From a gamma proteobacterium SCGC AAA076-P13 (GTDB taxonomy: Bacteria > Pseudomonadota > Gammaproteobacteria > Magnimaribacterales > D2472): a stretch of 64,000 bases of DNA. The stretch is taken from contig ARRA01000002.1 in NCBI GenBank assembly GCA_000384935.1, positions 191,700 through 255,699 on the forward strand, in the 5' to 3' direction. Numbering within the stretch: position 1 is the first letter of the stretch; every line of letters starts with the position of its first letter. A program made the translations under genes and the position numbers. Below, piece after piece: positions 60,048-64,000 of the stretch. The notes beneath the pieces are model-generated. The model ran no database searches and was not told the DNA's origin. It was given only the letters and a program-made list of their open reading frames with translations.

Positions 60048-60662
60048 ATGAAAGATATACAGTCAGCATTAGTCCCAATGGTCATCGAGCAAACGCCTCG
60101 AGGAGAAAGATCATTTGATATTTACTCAAGACTTCTTAAGGAAAGAGTTATATTTCTATCAGGCCCTGTAGAAGATTATATGTCTAATTTAATTGTTGCT
60201 CAGCTACTTTTTTTAGAATCAGAAAATCCTGAGAAAGACATATCTATTTATATTAATTCTCCAGGAGGCTCTATTTCAGCTGGCTTAGCTATTTACGATA
60301 CTATGCAGTTTATATCTCCCTCAATTTCCACTTTATGTATTGGGCAGGCTGCAAGCATGGGAGCGATCCTACTTGCTGGTGGTGAGAAAGGTAAAAGGTT
60401 TGCTCTCCCAAATTCCAGAATAATGATTCATCAGCCTCTTGGTGGTTTTCAAGGCCAAGCATCTGACTTTGAGATTCATGCAAAAGAAATACTACATATG
60501 AAAAAAGTTGTTAATGAGATTCTTGCAAAACACACAGGGCAAACAATTAAAAAAATTGAAAAAGATACAGATAGAGATAACTTTTTAGATACCACTGCAG
60601 CAATAGACTATGGTCTTGTTGATAATGTTTTGGACAAGAGAGAGGCTGTTAATGGCAAGTGA
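60048..60662 (+). CDS. clpP: ATP-dependent Clp protease proteolytic subunit
   Basis: [29 protein letters not shown]. Confidence 0.98.
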   Translation: MKDIQSALVPMVIEQTPRGERSFDIYSRLLKERVIFLSGPVEDYMSNLIVAQLLFLESENPEKDISIYINSPGGSISAGLAIYDTMQFISPSISTLCIGQAASMGAILLAGGEKGKRFALPNSRIMIHQPLGGFQGQASDFEIHAKEILHMKKVVNEILAKHTGQTIKKIEKDTDRDNFLDTTAAIDYGLVDNVLDKREAVNGK

Positions 60663-61920
60663 GACGTCTGGTGATAAATTAAATTGTTCATTTTGTGGCA
60701 AAGTTCAAGATGAAGTTAAGAAATTAATAGCTGGTCCAAGCGTATACATTTGTAATGAATGTGTTGATTTATGTAATGACATCATCGAAGAAGAGATCAA
60801 AAGTGAAGAAGATATCTCGTTAGATGAGCTCCCATCACCTTTGGAAATATTCAATAAGCTTGATGAATACGTAATTGGTCAAGAATCTGCAAAAAAAGTT
60901 TTATCAGTTGCTGTATATAACCACTACAAGAGATTAAGAAAAAATAATGCAAAGGACACGGTTGAACTTCAAAAAAGTAATGTTCTTCTTTTGGGCCCAA
61001 CAGGAAGCGGTAAAACACTTCTCGCACAGACACTGGCAAAAATTTTAAATGTCCCATTTACTATTGCTGATGCAACAACATTAACTGAAGCTGGTTATGT
61101 TGGTGAGGATGTCGAGAATATTATACAAAAACTACTTCAAAAATCTGACTATGACCCCGAAAGAGCTCAATTAGGAATTGTTTATATAGATGAGATTGAT
61201 AAGATAGCTAGAAAATCTGACAATCCATCAATTACTAGAGATGTTTCTGGAGAGGGTGTGCAGCAGGCACTTCTTAAGTTAATTGAAGGTACAGTAGCAT
61301 CTATTCCTCCTCAAGGAGGTAGAAAACACCCTCAACAAGAGTTTATTCAAATAGACACGTCTAATATTTTATTTATATGTGGCGGAGCTTTTTCTGGATT
61401 AGATAAAGTTATAGATCAAAGAAATAGCAATATTGGTATTGGCTTTGGTGCAGAGGTAAATAAAAAATCAAATGTACTACCTATCACCAGTAATGTTGAT
61501 GACTTAGAGCCAGAGGATTTAGTTAAGTATGGATTAATACCAGAATTTGTTGGAAGATTGCCAGTTATATCAAGCCTGCATGAGCTTGACGAGCATGCAC
61601 TGGTAAGAATTCTGAAAGAGCCTAAAAATGCTTTAGTTAATCAATACAAACATTTATTTGAAATAGATGATGTTGAACTTTCATTTAGAGACGAGGCATT
61701 GGTAGAAATAGCGCGTCAGGCCATAAAAAGAAAAACAGGGGCCAGAGGTTTAAGATCGATAATGGAAGACTTATTAATGGAGACTATGTTTGGTTTGCCT
61801 AATCCTGATCTAGAAAAAGTAATAATTGACGAGAATACAGTTATATCTAAATCAGAACCTATTAAATTACTTAAAAACTCATCTAAAAACTCATCTAAAA
61901 AATCATCATCTGCTAATTGA
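60652..61920 (+). CDS. clpX: ATP-dependent Clp protease ATP-binding subunit ClpX
   Basis: CSFCGK zinc domain, [15 protein letters not shown] loop; start ATG 60652. Confidence 0.98.
   Translation: MASETSGDKLNCSFCGKVQDEVKKLIAGPSVYICNECVDLCNDIIEEEIKSEEDISLDELPSPLEIFNKLDEYVIGQESAKKVLSVAVYNHYKRLRKNNAKDTVELQKSNVLLLGPTGSGKTLLAQTLAKILNVPFTIADATTLTEAGYVGEDVENIIQKLLQKSDYDPERAQLGIVYIDEIDKIARKSDNPSITRDVSGEGVQQALLKLIEGTVASIPPQGGRKHPQQEFIQIDTSNILFICGGAFSGLDKVIDQRNSNIGIGFGAEVNKKSNVLPITSNVDDLEPEDLVKYGLIPEFVGRLPVISSLHELDEHALVRILKEPKNALVNQYKHLFEIDDVELSFRDEALVEIARQAIKRKTGARGLRSIMEDLLMETMFGLPNPDLEKVIIDENTVISKSEPIKLLKNSSKNSSKKSSSAN
61872..61907 (+). repeat. 12-bp tandem repeat (x3, last copy imperfect) in the clpX 3' end
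   Basis: TAAAAACTCATC TAAAAACTCATC TAAAAAATCATC, encoding [11 protein letters not shown]. Confidence 0.8.
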
Positions 61921-61943
61921 TATTTTCATAACAATCCCTATAT
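61917..61943 (+). promoter_or_regulatory. Sigma32-like promoter of lon
   Basis: TTGATA-N13-CCCTATAT just upstream of the lon ATG. Confidence 0.45.
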
Positions 61944-61950
61944 TGGGTAT

Positions 61951-64000
61951 ATGAAAGAAATAAAATCAGATCTACCTTTAATACCCTTAAGAGACGTTGT
62001 AGTCTTTCCTGGTATCGTTACTACATTATTTGTTGGAAGACCCAAATCCATTGAGGCATTAAATATAGCAATGTCTTCCAATAAAAAACTAGTTCTTGTT
62101 AGCCAAATTGATCCTGCTCTTGAGAATCCAGAATTCGATGATTTATATAAAAGTGCATCTATTAGCAACCTTCTTCAATTAATTAAGCTACCTGATGGAA
62201 CCATGAAAGTTCTTGTAGAAGGCTATAAGAGGTGCTCAATAAAAAGTATTCATGAAAAAGAAGGTTATGACATTGCAAGAGTCATTACTATAGATGACAT
62301 TCCTTTAAAAGAAGCAGACTCTTCTAATCTAGTAAGGTTTATTAAAGCTAAATTTGAAGACTACATCGGAATAACAAAAAGAATACCTCCAGAGATTGTA
62401 TCCACAGTCGACTCACTAGATGATTTATCAAAGTTAATAGATACCATAACCGGCCATCTCCCAATTGAAACATCAAAAAAACAGGAAATACTTGAGATAC
62501 CTGATTTAAAAGACAGATCAGAAAAGGTTTTAATGTTTATTGAATCCCAGCTCGATGTTATTGATGTAGAAAAAAAAATTAGAGAGCGTGTAAAAAAACA
62601 GATGGAAAAATCTCAAAGAGAATACTATCTAAATGAGCAAATTAAGGCTGCACAAAAAGAGCTTGGAGAGATTGGTGAAGAAGGAGATGAACTAGAAGAT
62701 TTAGAAGAAAAAATTAATAAGGTTGGAATGCCCAAAGATGCTCTTAAAAAAGCAAAAAGTGAGCTGGCTAAGTTTAAGCATATGTCTCCATCATCAGCAG
62801 AAGCATCTGTTATCAGATCCTATCTTGATTGTTTGGTTGATGTGCCATGGAAAAAGAAATCCAAAGTAAAGACAGACATCCAGGCTTCTCTTGATATTTT
62901 AGAGCAGGATCATTATGGACTTGAAGAGGTTAAAGAAAGAATTATTGAGTATCTTGCCGTTCAAAAAAGAGTTAAATCTATGAAAGCTCCAGTTTTATGT
63001 CTAGTTGGTCCTCCGGGAGTTGGAAAAACTTCACTGGGTGAATCCATAGCAAGGGCTACTAATAGGAAATTTGTAAGAATGTCTCTAGGCGGAGTTAGGG
63101 ATGAGTCAGAAATTAGAGGACATAGAAGAACTTACATAGGCTCAATGCCAGGAAAAATAATTCAAAAACTTTCAAAAGTTGGTGTAAAAAATCCTCTATT
63201 TTTATTAGATGAAATCGATAAAATTGGAATGGACCACAGAGGTGATCCAGCATCTGCATTGTTGGAAGTTTTAGATCCAGAGCAAAATAATACTTTTAGT
63301 GATCATTACTTAGAGGTTGACTATGACCTTTCAGAGGTAATGTTTGTTTGTACAGCTAATAGTTTAAATATTCCTACGCCCTTATTAGATAGAATGGAAA
63401 TTATTAGAATCCCGGGTTACATAGAAGATGAAAAACTTAATATTGCTTCCAAATATTTATTACCTAAGCAAATGGAAAGGAATGGTTTAGCGGACAATGA
63501 GATAAAATTACAAAAAGAGGTAATTCTTTCCTTAATTAGATATTACACAAGAGAAGCAGGTGTAAGAGGTCTAGAAAGGCAGATTGCAAAGATTCTAAGA
63601 AAGGTGGTCAAGGAAAGACTGCTATCTAAAAAAAGTATCACGAAACCAACATTAATTACTGAGAAAAACCTCGAAACATTTTCTGGGGTTAAGAAGTTTA
63701 AATTTGGAATAGCAGAAAAAGACAATGCTGTAGGGCAGGTAACTGGTCTGGCCTGGACCGAAGTAGGTGGCGAACTGTTAACCATAGAAGCCTCTCATAT
63801 TGCAGGTAAGGGCAATATTATAAAAACTGGATCCTTGGGTGATGTGATGCAAGAGTCAATTCAGGCGGCTCTTACAGTTGTTAGATCACGAGCAGACTCT
63901 CTGGGTATAAAACCAGACTTCTATGAGAAATATGATGTTCATATTCATGTCCCAGAAGGGGCAACACCGAAAGATGGTCCAAGTGCAGGTGGCGGTATGG
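61951..64000 (+). CDS. lon: Lon protease (partial, runs off the window end)
   Basis: ATG 61951 [20 protein letters not shown]; [32 protein letters not shown]; no stop before 64000, so it is absent from the ORF track. Confidence 0.97.
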   Translation, partial: MKEIKSDLPLIPLRDVVVFPGIVTTLFVGRPKSIEALNIAMSSNKKLVLVSQIDPALENPEFDDLYKSASISNLLQLIKLPDGTMKVLVEGYKRCSIKSIHEKEGYDIARVITIDDIPLKEADSSNLVRFIKAKFEDYIGITKRIPPEIVSTVDSLDDLSKLIDTITGHLPIETSKKQEILEIPDLKDRSEKVLMFIESQLDVIDVEKKIRERVKKQMEKSQREYYLNEQIKAAQKELGEIGEEGDELEDLEEKINKVGMPKDALKKAKSELAKFKHMSPSSAEASVIRSYLDCLVDVPWKKKSKVKTDIQASLDILEQDHYGLEEVKERIIEYLAVQKRVKSMKAPVLCLVGPPGVGKTSLGESIARATNRKFVRMSLGGVRDESEIRGHRRTYIGSMPGKIIQKLSKVGVKNPLFLLDEIDKIGMDHRGDPASALLEVLDPEQNNTFSDHYLEVDYDLSEVMFVCTANSLNIPTPLLDRMEIIRIPGYIEDEKLNIASKYLLPKQMERNGLADNEIKLQKEVILSLIRYYTREAGVRGLERQIAKILRKVVKERLLSKKSITKPTLITEKNLETFSGVKKFKFGIAEKDNAVGQVTGLAWTEVGGELLTIEASHIAGKGNIIKTGSLGDVMQESIQAALTVVRSRADSLGIKPDFYEKYDVHIHVPEGATPKDGPSAGGGM

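Noticed and set aside
61872-61907. 12-bp tandem repeat in the clpX tail as a functional repeat element
   Set aside because: It is an in-frame micro-duplication in a low-complexity C-terminal tail, so it is listed as a feature only.
705-63785. Many 60-143 aa ORFs nested in or antisense to well-supported genes (for example 1492-1839, 5028-5459, 11640-12011, 19837-20145, 61938-62168, 63543-63785)
   Set aside because: They overlap conserved genes on another frame or strand and show no independent motifs; treated as shadow ORFs.
1-64000. CRISPR array, IS element, prophage, rRNA or anti-phage defence genes
   Set aside because: I saw no spaced direct repeats, transposase, integrase or phage structural ORFs, and no rRNA-like sequence; almost all bases are explained by ordinary genes.

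Overview
AT-rich, gene-dense core chromosome segment of a streamlined Gammaproteobacterium. A SAR86-like marine lineage is inferred from composition and gene content, not proven. It carries prfB-lysS, three acyl-CoA dehydrogenases, a Xanthomonas-type acetylated-intermediate arginine operon (argF'-argG-bifunctional NAGS/K-argC-argH), sbcB, ibpA, recX-dnaX-recR-dcd, purMN, hda, sppA, xseA, htpG-gpsA, folD, tig-clpP-clpX-lon (partial) and seven tRNAs. I saw no mobile element, prophage or CRISPR array. The main discovery candidate is an unannotated 14-codon leader peptide (MNNSNTRLRRVPAL; Arg codons CGA, AGA, CGG) with overlapping pause, antiterminator and terminator hairpins upstream of the arg operon. 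It looks like a ribosome-mediated arginine transcription attenuator. Other candidates are a fossilised prfB frameshift cassette repaired by a 2-nt insertion, an orphan minus-strand sRNA with a C-rich loop at 22.3 kb, a hidden small-protein/pseudoazurin operon, a ROSE-like thermometer on ibpA, an A9 slippage site in dnaX and apparent widespread leaderless genes.
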